Assembly: GCF_006345805.1 (NCBI RefSeq)
Contig: NC_043004.1
Span: 3,038,001-3,102,000 of the forward strand
Source: Octopus sinensis
Lineage: Eukaryota
DNA: 64,000 bases
Direction of reading: 5' to 3'
Shown: one piece after another, positions 1 through 13,329 of the stretch
Numbering within the stretch: position 1 is the first letter of the stretch
How the letters are laid out: the number at the start of each line of letters is the position of its first letter
Notes under the pieces: generated by a model
Databases searched by the model: none
What the model was told of the DNA's origin: nothing
Seen by the model: only the letters and a program-made list of their open reading frames with translations
Translations under genes and position numbers: made by a program

Positions 1-718
1 ATACACATACACACACAAACATACATACCCTGAGTATAAGCGCAGCAGTTAGACGAAGGAGCTAACATTGTTGAACATGGAATAGCAGAAGAAAACGCCA
101 CATCCATGTCATAGAAGACATTATTATAAGAGATATGCCATACTTGTACTCTTTCTTTCGAATATTGTAATATTGCAGTTATTTCTTCTGTTACTTCTAC
201 GAATCCTTCAAATGAAATCTGCCTGAAACTGTCAGATATCAATATAGCAGGTGTCAGATATTATCTTATCGATTACTCTACAAATGATGTAAGCCGATGG
301 CGAATAAAAAACAAAATAAATACATATGCACTTGTTGCTTGCCTTGAATCAGTTGAACTGTCATTTGTAGAATTATGTATCATGGATATTTCTGCTGCAT
401 GACCTAGTAAAGAAACCAGCCATTAAGAATATTCTTTAAAAAGTACAATCAAGCAGCATCTTTAATCTGAATTTTCATGGAATAAATTACGATGGCAAAT
501 TTCATATTATTTCGCTATTCTTTCAAATGCTGAGCCTCATCGTCTCTGGTTATGTCCCGTGATGTCTCATAGCGTCAGTACTATCAAGACTGCATCCCCA
601 ACATGGCCCTTCTCTTCAGGAGCCCTGAAATACTGACGATCGTTGATAGCTCTGCAGAAAGCTCAAGTGAGAGTCACTATTGGAACAATGCTCCTTCTCC
701 CTGGACTAGTATCGATAC

Positions 719-1017
<299 letters not shown>

Positions 1018-1159
1018 GGAGGGAGGGAGGTAGATGGATATAGATTTAGATAGATATTTATACATAAATGTCTATATATATATATAGAGAGAGATAAATA
1101 GATAGATATATGCATACATATTTATATATGTATGCATATACGTGCGTGTATATTTGTGT

Positions 1160-1315
1160 ATCTGTGTTTGTCCGCCACCATCGCTTGACAACCGATGTTG
1201 ATGTATTGACGTCCCCACATCTTAGCGGTTCAGTAAAATAAACCGATAGAATAAGCACTAGGCTTACAAATGCGGTATGACTGAAAGAAGTAAAGAAATA
1301 AAAGACTAAAAGAAT
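1160..1315 (+). mobile_element. SINE family B, 3' half, internally deleted
   Basis: ccaccatcgcttgacaaccgatgttg...cttagcggttc...gatagaataag matches other family-B copies. Confidence 0.85.
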
Positions 1316-1319
1316 AGAT

Positions 1320-1366
<47 letters not shown>

Positions 1367-1512
1367 TATAGATGTGTATGTACGAGTGTGTGTATGAGTG
1401 TGTGTGTACGTAAATGTTGTGTTTATGTGTGTGTATCTAAGTGAGAGTGGATATACATATATACATACGTCCTTACATACGTGTATACATGCATACAAAA
1501 ATACATATACGC

Positions 1513-1600
<88 letters not shown>

Positions 1601-1848
1601 ATGTGTTACACAATGGATGAGGGATTGAGTGAGAAAATTAGAAGGAGATAAAAGGCAATGAGCGAGTGGTAGAGGTGGGGGAGATGAGGGTAACATATAC
1701 GTAGGTATTTCTCGGTGTGAATGGATCTACATAGCATCGGCGCACATATGCTTGCTTTCTTAATTCTTTACGGTTAGTCACCCATGTATTATCCTATTAT
1801 CAGATTTAATCACTCTAAAGATTGTTCTTTCGCCCAAACCCATATATA

Positions 1849-1879
<31 letters not shown>

Positions 1880-2302
1880 AAAGTAATCTGAGCGCTCATC
1901 AACAGAACGATCGTGGTGTGTGATGGGATGTGGTGTGTGTGTTGATGAGATGAATGTCATCTGTCAAGACGGAGCAATCATCATTCATATATATATATAT
2001 ATATATACAGACACACACACACACGTATATATACATCAGGATTAAATAAGAAGACAACAAACCGCAAACTGGGCATATACATACACACATATTACATGCA
2101 TTCACACACTCACATATATACGCACAAATGCATATTTATACATACATGTAATAATATATAAATATACATACATACACATACGCACACACATATATATACT
2201 GGAGTAAGCACATGAATGTGAAACAAGGTGAATAAAAGAATACTCAAATATCAGAGGTAGAGTAATGTGCTTTCTTTAAAAGCAGCAGAAATATAACAAA
2301 AG

Positions 2303-2339
2303 CTGTTACTTAGACTTTCACGTTCCGTTCGTCGGACAG
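2303..2339 (-). ncRNA. Minimal type I hammerhead-like motif, variant core CCGACGA
   Basis: Minus strand: CUGU-CCGACGA-ACG gaa CGU-GAAA-GUCUAAG-UA-ACAG; helix I CUGU/ACAG, helix II ACG/CGU; helix III poor. Confidence 0.5.
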
Positions 2340-2358
2340 TTTCGTGTGTGTCTGTGTA

Positions 2359-2474
<116 letters not shown>

Positions 2475-2484
2475 TGTATATTTA

Positions 2485-2938
2485 TACAGGGTGCAATGGG
2501 TAACCTGTCGCCATATAATATTTTTTTATTTCGTACATGCGCATTGATTTTTCTTTTATTTTGTCGACTACGCATAATAGTAGGGTCAGTTGGGCACTGC
2601 TTGTGAGAAACGCGGCACCATGACGCAATCCAGACTACCAGAAATTTGGAAACGAAATGCTTTTCGGCTTGGCATTCGTGCTGGAAACTCCAGTACGAAC
2701 AATTTAGAGTTTTTGGGTGTCAATCTGAGTGTTTGCCGTGTCCCCAAAACATGTGCCGAGAGTTACAAAAATCAAACATCCAGTGAATATCATGGTGTTT
2801 GGAGTGATCACTAGTGGTGGCAACGTTATGCCTCCATTCATCTTCACACACGGCGTCAGACTCAACACGGAGGCCTAAATCAAGTGCCTGGAGGAGTTAG
2901 TGCCGCCCTGGGTGAAGAGGGCGGCTATTGGAAGACCC
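2485..2938 (+). mobile_element. Tc1-like DNA transposon, 5' part, decayed and internally deleted
   Basis: TA+CAGGGTG terminus; ATG at 2620 (MTQSRLPEIWKRNA); later frame PKHVPRVTKIKHPVNIMVFGVITSGGNVMPPFIF..LNTEA*IKCLEELVPPWVKR resembles an ITm transposase catalytic region. Confidence 0.85.
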
Positions 2939-3023
2939 ATCCGCGATAATCGAGGGATTACTATTCATTTTTGTACACTTCCGTATTATATATATTTGAA
3001 AAGTTTTCTACTTTTGCGTGTCC

Positions 3024-3190
3024 CACGTCACCACTTGAAACCGGTGTTGGTGTGTTTACTTCCATGCGAATTGGCGGTTCGGCTATAATGACCGTTATAA
3101 TAAGTACCAGACTGGTACTGAGGTCGCTTCGTTCGATTAAAACTCTTGAAGGCGGTGCCCCAGCACGGCCACAATCAAAGACTAAAATAG
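3024..3190 (+). mobile_element. SINE family B, 3' half
   Basis: ggcggtgccccagcacggcc tail motif. Confidence 0.8.
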
Positions 3191-4044
3191 ATTTAAGAAT
3201 GAAAATTAGAAACAATTGTTATTGTTGTTGTTGTTGTTTAGCTGAATGCAGTGAACACCTTCTCACAAAACCCAATAACAAAAGAAATGAAGAATCTAAT
3301 GAAAGAGCTTCTTTATTTTTTTTTTATTTCCCGATTAACTCTTTCCTGTTGTGTAAGTAAAGTTTATCCCGAGACATTTTTAATTGAGTATGTATAATTC
3401 TACAAGAATCTAGTTGCATTGTTTATTTCGTAGCGGAAAGAGACGTTAGTCACAGTGGTGGCAGCAGCTTCAATGTTGGTAAATTAAATACACCTTCAAA
3501 GATTTCCACAGAAAACACTTCGACAATTAAACAAACAGACACAGCTTCCTTCCCAAACATTTACACGGTAAACAGCGTGAAAAAAAATAGCGAAAACGTC
3601 GACCTCAATGACAAAAACAATGCAAACAATAATGAGAGGACCAAAATATAAAATAACTTAAATCTGCCAGCGTTGCAATTCAACGAGAGGCATAGATTCA
3701 AATGAGGAATAAGAAAGAGCACGCGCTGGTGTGGAGTAGGATGCGTGCTCTCTCTCTCTCTCTCTCTCCCCTCTCTCTCTCTCTCTCTCTCTCAAGAGAA
3801 AGAGAGGAGGAGGAGGGAAACCATGGACGCCTGGGGCTATTATTTAAAACTAAAGATGAGATGTGAAAAAGGGCAGAAATCGGGAGATACACCCGTCGCC
3901 CACAAGACAGACCCACAGTAAACGTGAAGGAGAGACACAGGGGCCACAAGCAGGATTTTTATGTCGACGTAGAGTCTTGAATCGTTGTGATATTCACGGC
4001 AGAATGCAAACAGGTGGTTCTTGCAGAAATGATCTACAAATATA

Positions 4045-4266
4045 TACGAGATGGTGCTGAAAAGTTCCTGACTTTGCGTAAAAGAAAATACAGGAGACCA
4101 TCTGATTATGATTTTATTAAACATATTCCCCCCACTCAGTTTCACACACTTATTGCAGCGGTCATTTAGTTTTTCGAAGCCCTGTAAAGGAACTCAGAAT
4201 GTTGGGCCTCCAGCCAGCCCTTTCGCGATACCCTTAAAGCCAGGAACTTTTCAGCACCAGCTCGTA
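4045..4266 (-). mobile_element. Mariner MITE (~222 bp) retaining the transposase C-terminus
   Basis: 31-bp TIRs tacgagatggtgctgaaaagttcctgacttt / aaagccaggaacttttcagcaccagctcgta (29/31); interior reads roughly KGWLEAQHSEF..GFEKLNDRCNKCVKL.GEYV on minus. Confidence 0.9.
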
Positions 4267-4644
4267 GTAGGGTTGAACCTGCATGGACATCAAATTCGAT
4301 GTTATCCTCGAATACCACAAGGTTATATTAGTATTTTAACCCATTGTTACAGTACTTATGATGTCATTCAAACTGCTCTTGCAGAGCAGAAGTTCCATAT
4401 GCTACAAAAGTTGGAGTACATCATCCTTCGTTCAAAATCTCAAAAGAAATTATTTAACTGTTGGCTGTACGCTTTCAGCAATTTTTATAATCTCTAACAT
4501 AAATGTAGAATGTAGAATTACGAGTGATAAAGTAGGTGTAATATCATATGCGTCTGCCTTAACCACTGTTTATCATGTATATGCACTTCACACGTTACAA
4601 ACTTTGAGCTGTACGTTTGAGCTCTTGAAGCTATGACAGAAAAA

Positions 4645-5545
<901 letters not shown>

Positions 5546-5546
5546 T

Positions 5547-5609
5547 TAAATTCCGCCGAGGTCAACTTTGCCATTCATCCTTTCGGGGTCGTAAATTAAG
5601 TACCAGTTG
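5547..5609 (+). mobile_element. SINE family A, core fragment
   Basis: aaattccgccgaggtcaactttgccattcatcctttcggggtc. Confidence 0.85.
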
Positions 5610-5644
5610 AGGAGGTGGAGAAGGAGGAGGGGATGTCCCAGCGA

Positions 5645-5671
5645 ATCATTCATTCATTCATTCATTCATTC

Positions 5672-5718
<47 letters not shown>

Positions 5719-5773
5719 TAGATAGACAAACAGATAGATAGATAAATAGATAGATAGATAGATAGATAGAAAA

Positions 5774-5855
<82 letters not shown>
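5645..5855. repeat. Compound (CATT)n(CAGA)n(GATA)n microsatellite
   Basis: Direct reading. Confidence 0.97.
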
Positions 5856-6120
5856 CTATGGATGTTGGGTGCAAGAGAGCAGCGAACTAGATTTGTTTCT
5901 TACGAAACTGGAGTAACAGCCATGACAATTTCATATTCCTCTTAATTTCATGTAATCCAATGCCAGTTTCCATTGAATAACAACTGGCGCTACGCCATCA
6001 TTTAGACAGAAATCTCTTGATTAGGATAATCTTAACCACTAATTCTACGCATTTCGTTAAAGAGTGGCTGTAACGAGTAGATTTATCCAAGATTTGAACT
6101 CTGATATTTAGCTTCATTTT

Positions 6121-6487
6121 AGTGTGGTTGCGTGGTAAAAAGCTTGCTTCCCAACCACATGTTTCCATGTTCAGTTCCCTTGAGCAAGTGTTTTCTACTA
6201 TTGCCTCGAGTCGGCAAAAGCCTTGTGAGAGGATTTGTGTGTGTTCATATGTGTGTATGTGTGAATGTGTGTATATGTGTCTGTGTTTGTCCACTTCCCC
6301 TACCATCGCTTGACAACCGACGTTGTTGTGTTTACGTCCCCGTAACTTAGCTGTTGAGCAAAAGATACCGATAGAATAAATGCTAGGCTTAGAAAGAATG
6401 GGCCCCGGGATCGGTTTGTTCGACTAAAAGGTGGTGCTCCAGCATGGCCGCAGCCAAATGATCGAAACAAGTAAGAGTATAAAAAAG
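6121..6487 (+). mobile_element. SINE family B, near full length (tRNA head, CORE-like segment, internal microsatellite, LINE-like tail)
   Basis: Head gcgtggtaaaaagcttgcttcccaaccacat, cttgagcaagtg segment, tail ggtggtgctccagcatggccgcag. Confidence 0.88.
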
Positions 6488-6742
6488 AAAACAATAAACC
6501 ATGTAAGGCTGGCTGGTAAATGAAGTGATCAAGTGACAGATTTTTATCTTTGTCTCTGGGTGGAAAAAGCAGGATCAATCTCGTCGGTTGCTTATCTTCC
6601 GAGACATCGATGAGAGAAAGAACACACGACTTCTCTCAAGGAAGAGATTAAAAGCTGAAAGTTAGTTGTAGGCGTACAAACTCACTAAACCGATTCGTCT
6701 AATTTGCATAGGTGTGCACAAGCTGACAACTTGGTCAATTAA

Positions 6743-7128
6743 CAATCCTTTCTACTAAAGGCAAAAGGCCAGACATTTTGGAGGGTGGGGGCTAGTCGAT
6801 TAGATCGACCCCAGTACGTAACTGGTACTTAATTTATCGACCCCCGAAAGGATGAAAGGCAAAGTCGACCTGGGCGGAATTTGAACGGGCGACATACCCA
6901 TTTTTTTACTACTCACAGGGGGCTAAACACAGAGAGGACAAACACAGACAAACGGATTAAGTCGATTATATCGACCCCATTGCGTAACTGGTACTTATTT
7001 AATCGACCCCGAAATGATGAAAGGCAAAGTCGACCTCGGCGAAATTTGAACTCAGAACATAAAGACAGACGAAATACCGCTAAGCATTTCGCCCGGCGTG
7101 CTAACGATTCTGCCAGCTCGCCGCCTTA
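6743..7128 (-). mobile_element. SINE family A, full length with duplicated core
   Basis: Two copies of the gtcgactttgcctttcat..cggggtcgat core; tRNA-like head ggcgagctggcagaatcgttagcacgccgggcg. Confidence 0.9.
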
Positions 7129-7869
7129 AACTGGGTCGATTAATAATAAAATGAATTGATTGTCATCTGTCGCTGGTGGAACTTGCACACGCAGACTCCC
7201 TCATCGACTCAAGCCATATGATGGAAAAGTGCTGTCGTTACAATGCAGTAATTATTTACTGGTAATTAGACAGGGATGTTTGACAATTAGGTATTCTAAT
7301 CATCGACACAGCAAACTGATAACAGCACCGTATATCTAACACCTCGACTCAAACACCTCTGGTTGTAATAGGGAGAATCAACTCGTACATGGGCCAACAG
7401 AATAAACACAATAAACAACTTCAACATTGCGCATTTCTTGTTACCTGTGGGGCAATAACGTTGATTACACAATAATGATTTATTTTTCTTATCAAAACAA
7501 CTCAAATGTACCAATTATTTTTCTCCAGGTAAATAATAAACTGCGTAACAAAGAGGGTAACAAACGATAAAACTCTTCGTTACAGTTCACCGTACGTTGC
7601 GTCGACTTGTCAGCGCTTGATTAACCATTAAACAACATAACCACGTGCTTAGGCATCCAGGGGCAGTGTCACAGAAATGGTAAATGGTTTACGGCACAAA
7701 AGAAATCACTCCAAACTTGCGAAAAGGACATACGGTATGCTTTGTCTTTAAGTATAGAAGCTGACGTGTTACTTAGGATTAATTCTGAGGATCTGATCAA
7801 AGGTTTTGCAACTGAAAAAAGTAGAAAACTTTTCAAATATATATAATGCGGAAATGTGCAAAAATGAAA

Positions 7870-8142
7870 AGTAATCCCTCGACTATCGCGGATGTCACGT
7901 TCCAAAACACCCGCAATAGGTGAAAATCTTCGAAGTAGAAGCAGTACTGTACTGTTTACTTTTTTTACTTTTATAATTTGTATATATTTATTTTATTATA
8001 AATACTAAACAACACCATGGAGGAATCGACGTAAGCTTAAATAATAAACCGCGATAGGTGACCGCGATAGGTGACCGCGATAGGTGAACAGCAATATGTG
8101 AACCGCGTTAGGTGAACCGCAATATGGCGAGGGATTACTGTA
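7870..8142 (+). mobile_element. Tigger/pogo-like MITE
   Basis: Inverted ends gtaatccctcg / cgagggattactg+TA; internal accgcgataggtg subrepeats; partial copies at 60570-60690 (+), 63453-63558 (-), 2939-3015 (-). Confidence 0.75.
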
Positions 8143-8276
8143 TTTCCCATTTTATTGTTAGTTTTGTTTCATTTTGGAAAAATATAAAAATATTTTATAA
8201 TTTATTGTTGTTTATATTTTGAATTACATATATATATACATAATATATATATGTATACATATATGTATATATATGC

Positions 8277-8337
<61 letters not shown>

Positions 8338-8394
8338 ATATATATATATGTGTGTGTGTGGGGGGGGGGGGGTTATGTGTGTGTAATTCAACAT

Positions 8395-8590
8395 GTGATC
8401 GCGTCTGTATCGTTGGAGATTTTCTTTCTCCGTCTTCCATTCCTTGGACCTTTCCTTTTTCTGTTTCTGACGAAGAGCTCCGCTCGAAACGTTAATTCCT
8501 CCTTCTTTCTTTCCTTTCCTGAGCGTCCAATAACACTATACTTGTTCCACCTCCTCATGTTGTTGTGTTTTCTCTTTGATCATGTTTGGA
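8395..8590 (+). mobile_element. Short HHR-bearing repeat, family 1
   Basis: Same ~200-bp sequence at 33146-33345 and 47403-47608; flanked by TA/GT microsatellite. Confidence 0.85.
8464..8495 (+). ncRNA. Minimal type I hammerhead ribozyme motif (family 1)
   Basis: UUU-CUGACGA-A-GAGC ucc GCUC-GAAA-CG-UU-AA; palindromic AACGUU helix III. Confidence 0.75.
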
Positions 8591-8979
8591 TTAACTATAT
8601 ATACATACAACGAGTTGATTCCTGTTCAAACCAGTTATTGGTAGAAAATTCCGATTCTTTTTGCCCACAGACTACACTTTTCCTGTGTCAGATTGGGGTG
8701 GAGATATCGTACCTAAGGAAAGACCTTCGTTGAACTGGAGCACCGAAGCAGTAGAGATCATTCGTTCTTCTCGTGGAAACATTGAACGTTGATGGACGAG
8801 AATGTTCAGCAAAGATGTTTGATCTCCGTTCTTCTTTTGCGGCGTTTTTCAAAGTATTGAATAAGACAGACGGTGTTTTATCAAGACAGATAGTTAGAGA
8901 GAGGGAGAGAGATACACACAGAGAGACAGAGAGACAGGGTGACACAGAGAGACACAGAGACAGAGAGAGAGACGCACAA

Positions 8980-9011
<32 letters not shown>

Positions 9012-9942
9012 CACACACACACACACACACACACACAGAGAAAGAAAGAAATAGGTATATTGGTTCGACAAAATATATTTTGTTTCGTTCATATATATAT
9101 ATATTTATTCTTTTGTGGGACTAACGTAATGGATTAAATGTTTATTCCCTTTTATATTTATCTTTGATTTCTTCACTTTAAATGGCCAGGTAAAGCTTCT
9201 TTTGAACCTGGAATACACGCGCGCGCGCGTGTGAGTGTGTACGTATTTGTGTGTGCTTGTATGTGCGTGTGTGTGTGGTGTGTGTATGTGTATACTGTAA
9301 ACTCACACTTGTAGCTCATATATTGTGATGAAGAATTAATGAACTGCATAAAAGCGTGAACTCGTGAAGAATGTTGACCAATGAGTGAAACCAATTGTAA
9401 ACTCTAAGCAAAATTACGGTTAAAGTGTAAAGTATTGAACGCCACAACATCACCACAAGTTAATTTACCAGTAAATGTAGAATTAGTTTAAAGAATCAAT
9501 TTGTCATCCCCACTCCTGTCTGATTGGATATTTTCAGTGTCAAACACATTCATCCACATGTTTCAGATGTAGACATTAGATATGAGGTTATGCGATATTA
9601 TTCGAGATATCACTGGAATTAAGATGCTATGCGATATACTGCAGTATCAACTATGGACAGATATAAGATCCGATTATCATGAACATAACTATTTTTGCAA
9701 TTTTCGGCGCTTTATGTTCAATTAATATCAACACGCCCACACACACACACACACATAACATATCATTACCATCATCATTGCCGTTTTACGTTCGCTTTCC
9801 AGGCTGGCATGAGTTGGGCGGTCCTTTACTACTATCTCTGACGGAAGACCACTTCATGTTGGCAGTTTAACCAGTCATAAAATACGCACTATATATTTGG
9901 TGTTCACTTGCTTCAGCTTTATTTTTATATTTATCTTATTTC

Positions 9943-9987
9943 GGCCAGAGTTCTTTCGTCACACTTCTGTGACCTCATCAGTGGTCC
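9943..9987 (-). ncRNA. Minimal type I hammerhead ribozyme motif (family 3)
   Basis: GGACCA-CUGAUGA-G-GUCAC agaagu GUGAC-GAAA-GAAC-UC-UGGCC; canonical core boxes and 5-bp helix II. Confidence 0.8.
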
Positions 9988-10397
9988 TTTGCTTTCTTTC
10001 TTTAGTGTCTTTTTGTGTGTCTTTCCATATTAATAATCATTAGTAAGGAAAGACACAAAAAAAAAGAAAGAAGAAAAGAAAGCAAAGGACCGCTTTGAGT
10101 TTTCTCCAGCATCTTTCCTTCATTTTAATAAACACATCAAATGATGAAATGTTCATAAGCAAATACAGTTGATATAAGGCCGGTTCCATATTGATAATAT
10201 ACTGAAAATAAAATTCATGTATCCAAACTATTATATGTATTTTAAAATTTATGAACAAAAAGTAATTACAACTAAATACTAAACTTAATAATAAAAGATA
10301 CATATACATATATATATGCATACTACATAAATGTGGGTACATATATATATATATATATATATCTATATATAAACATACATACATAAATGTGGGTACA

Positions 10398-10442
<45 letters not shown>

Positions 10443-10445
<3 letters not shown>

Positions 10446-10770
10446 CCGCCGAGGTCGACTTTGCCTTTCATCCTTTCGGGGTCGATAAATTAAGTAACAG
10501 TTACACACTGGGGTAGATGTAATCGACTTAATACTTTTGTATGTCCTTGTTTGTCCCCGCTATGTTTAGCTACTTGTGGGTAATAAAGAAATAGGTATTT
10601 GTCTGTTTTTACGTTTTGAGTTCGAATTCCACCGAGTCCGACTTTGCCTTCCATCCTTTCGGAGTCGATAAGTTAAATACCAGTTGTGTATTGGGGTCAA
10701 TCTAATTGACTGTCCACCTCCCCCAAAATTTCGGGCCTTGTGTCTAACGTAGAAAAGAATAATAAAACAT
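10443..10770 (+). mobile_element. SINE family A, headless, two cores
   Basis: aattccgccgaggtcgactttgcc... twice, tail ttgtgtctaacgtagaaaagaat. Confidence 0.9.
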
Positions 10771-10794
10771 GTGGTGATATTTAAAATATATAGG

Positions 10795-11000
10795 GCTGCA
10801 ATCTGGCAGAATCGTTAGCACGCCGGGCAAAATGCTTAGTGGAATTTGATCCGGCTTTAAATTTTTGTGTTCAAATTCCGCCGACGATCACTTTGTCGTT
10901 CACCCTTTAGGAGTCGATAAAATAAGTACCAGTTAAATACTAGGGCTGATGTAATCGACTAACCCTCCGAAACTGATCGCCCTGGGCCAAAATTTGAAAC
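10795..11000 (+). mobile_element. SINE family A, diverged
   Basis: ctggcagaatcgttagcacgccgggc head, gttcaaattcc B-box, core. Confidence 0.85.
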
Positions 11001-11633
11001 CGATACTAAAATTTGAGATTATAAGCAACCGCATTCAAGAAATAAATTTTTTACTCGAAATTTTATTTGTCTGCTGCATCTAATATATTTCATGATATCT
11101 CTTTACATCTCATTGAATGGTTTGTTTCTTCTCTGGGAGAAATTCTTACAGTTTGGTTCGGAGCAGAGCTTTCTCCGAGACAGAATTAAATGACGGGTTA
11201 ATTCTGTAACCTTTTTCAGTGGCGAACTTTGAACTCTAACGAAAACCAACACCAAATTGAAGCAAGAATAACAGTGAAACGGAATATGAGCTTAGCTTGG
11301 ATGCTGCTGGCGAAGACTTTTTCTCCTGCAGCATGTATACAAATACAAAAGAGTATATGTGTGTGTGTGTGCTTGTGTATTTGTTTGTGTGTGTGTGTGT
11401 GTGTACATAAATACATATATATATATATTATTTATATATATATATATATACATACATACGTATATATATGTGTGTATATATATACAGAAACTCGAGTCTG
11501 AGGATAACTACAAATATATTCCCTCTGAAATTGCTTTTATTCTTCTTTGGGCTTTGACTGCCCTTTTTAGCATGTAAGCTGTCCTGCCAAAGGTCACTTC
11601 TTTCGCGCATAAGTACTTAAATTGTTTATACAC

Positions 11634-11681
<48 letters not shown>

Positions 11682-11704
11682 GTATATGTCATTTTACCAT
11701 ACTC

Positions 11705-11910
11705 TTTATTCTAGTTGTTTCCGCCATAGCATTGCGGCCATGCTTGGGCACCGCTTTGAAGGATTTAATCAAACAAATCGACCCCAGTATTTAGTTGGAT
11801 TTTTTTAAAGCATGGTAATTACTGTTTCTTTTTTGCTGAATCCCTAAGTTACGAGAAGGTAAACAAACCAAAACCGGTTGACAAACGTTGGTGGGAACAA
11901 ACAAACACAC
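11705..11910 (-). mobile_element. SINE family B, 3' half
   Basis: gcggccatgcttgggcaccgc (reverse complement of tail). Confidence 0.8.
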
Positions 11911-12179
11911 AGCCCCACCTATACCTACGTTTATGTATATGTGGTGTGTGGGGGGGGGGTGAGTGTATGTGCGTGTGTGTGTGTATTTACATATACGGCT
12001 GTAATCCTAAGATTGTCAAGTGTTTAAATAAATATATGCATCTCTCATATCTCCTTACTTTTCATGGTTTATTTACGCATGTATGTATTTATACATGCTT
12101 ACATTCCCACATATACGCTTTGAATGTAATTGAAAGAGTATTAAATCAAAATTGCCACCGGTATATCATGCTAATATAT

Positions 12180-12221
<42 letters not shown>

Positions 12222-12229
12222 TATATGTG

Positions 12230-12278
<49 letters not shown>

Positions 12279-12511
12279 AGTTCAGAAAAATTTAGATTCA
12301 GATGAATATGGTACTTAAGTTAAAGGCGACAGAATTCTGTATGGTATTATCCATATAAATTAAATGGAGTGATTATAATCAAAATAAGCAACAAGGATAT
12401 CCAAGGTAGAGTAGTACAATTGTTTCATGCTACTTCATTTTATTAAACACTGTAAGTATTACATCAGTTTTAAAATGTCGAGCAATCTTCAGCCACATAT
12501 AGAATTTTCCA

Positions 12512-12653
12512 AAGCAAATCTGTGGTATTGAGCAGAATATTTGCTGTAGCCCATCTTTTATACCAAGACATAACAACGTACATGATAACACTTCCAATCA
12601 GTTAAGATCAGAAGCCACGAGAACCACTGCTTGATACTGTATCAGGGCATTTA
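12512..12653. mobile_element. ~560-bp (TTA)n-embedded element, partial copy A
   Basis: aagcaaatctgtggtattgagcagaatatttgctgtagccc...gggcattta shared with full copies. Confidence 0.88.
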
Positions 12654-12664
12654 TACTGTATCTA

Positions 12665-12771
<107 letters not shown>

Positions 12772-13329
12772 GTGTGAGGGAGCAAGGCACGCTATCAATG
12801 TGACACTAGGGCACAAATATACGAAGCCCAATATACTCACCGTGAATGCCCTTCAGATAAGGATACACCAGACGCATGCATTACAACCATATTTGTGTGA
12901 TATGGTGATTTCATACCAAGATAAGCAGCCGATGACTTTGCAGGTGGAGCCCAGTTAGAATTTTCTTCATGTCGAATAGCCCATCCCACTGAAAATGTCC
13001 CTGAATAAGGGTGTTTAAGGACGCAGAACGAAACTCCCATGCTTCCAGAGGTGAATTATTTAAACCCAAAAGAATTCCTCTCAACACATGGCTATGTTGC
13101 TCTCCTACTGCTTCCGCCCATGATCAGAGATGCACATATCGTCAGCCCTCAAGGGACATGCCCAACTGGTTAAGGTGAAACAACTGACAAGCAAATCTGT
13201 GGTATTGAGCAGAATATTTGCTGTAGCCCATCTTTTATACCAAGACAAAACAATGTACATAATAACACTTCTACCAGTTAAGATCAGAAGACATGACAGC
13301 CACTAACTAGTACTGTAGGAGGGCATTTA
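12772..13329. mobile_element. ~560-bp (TTA)n-embedded element, copy B
   Basis: Colinear with 24110, 50007 and 50630 copies; follows ~105 bp of (TTA)n. Confidence 0.9.

Noticed and set aside
570-660. Interleaved short inverted repeats and a CTGACGA...GAAA pair
   Set aside because: No helix II or helix I can be formed; arms of 7-8 bp are within chance
3822-3920. Short ATG ORF MDAWGYYLKLK... after a GA tract
   Set aside because: 32 codons, no recognisable homology or splice support
6700-7300. Octamer ATTTGCAT and clustered TAAT motifs suggesting an enhancer
   Set aside because: Short motifs are common in AT-rich DNA; needs conservation or chromatin data
11180-11207. Perfect 10-bp hairpin acagaattaa/ttaattctgt and a nearby open frame after tttttcag
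   Set aside because: AT-rich 10-bp stem is plausible by chance; the frame has no recognisable product
13135-13150. CTGACGA on the minus strand of the 560-bp element
   Set aside because: No GAAA box or helix I partner; not a hammerhead
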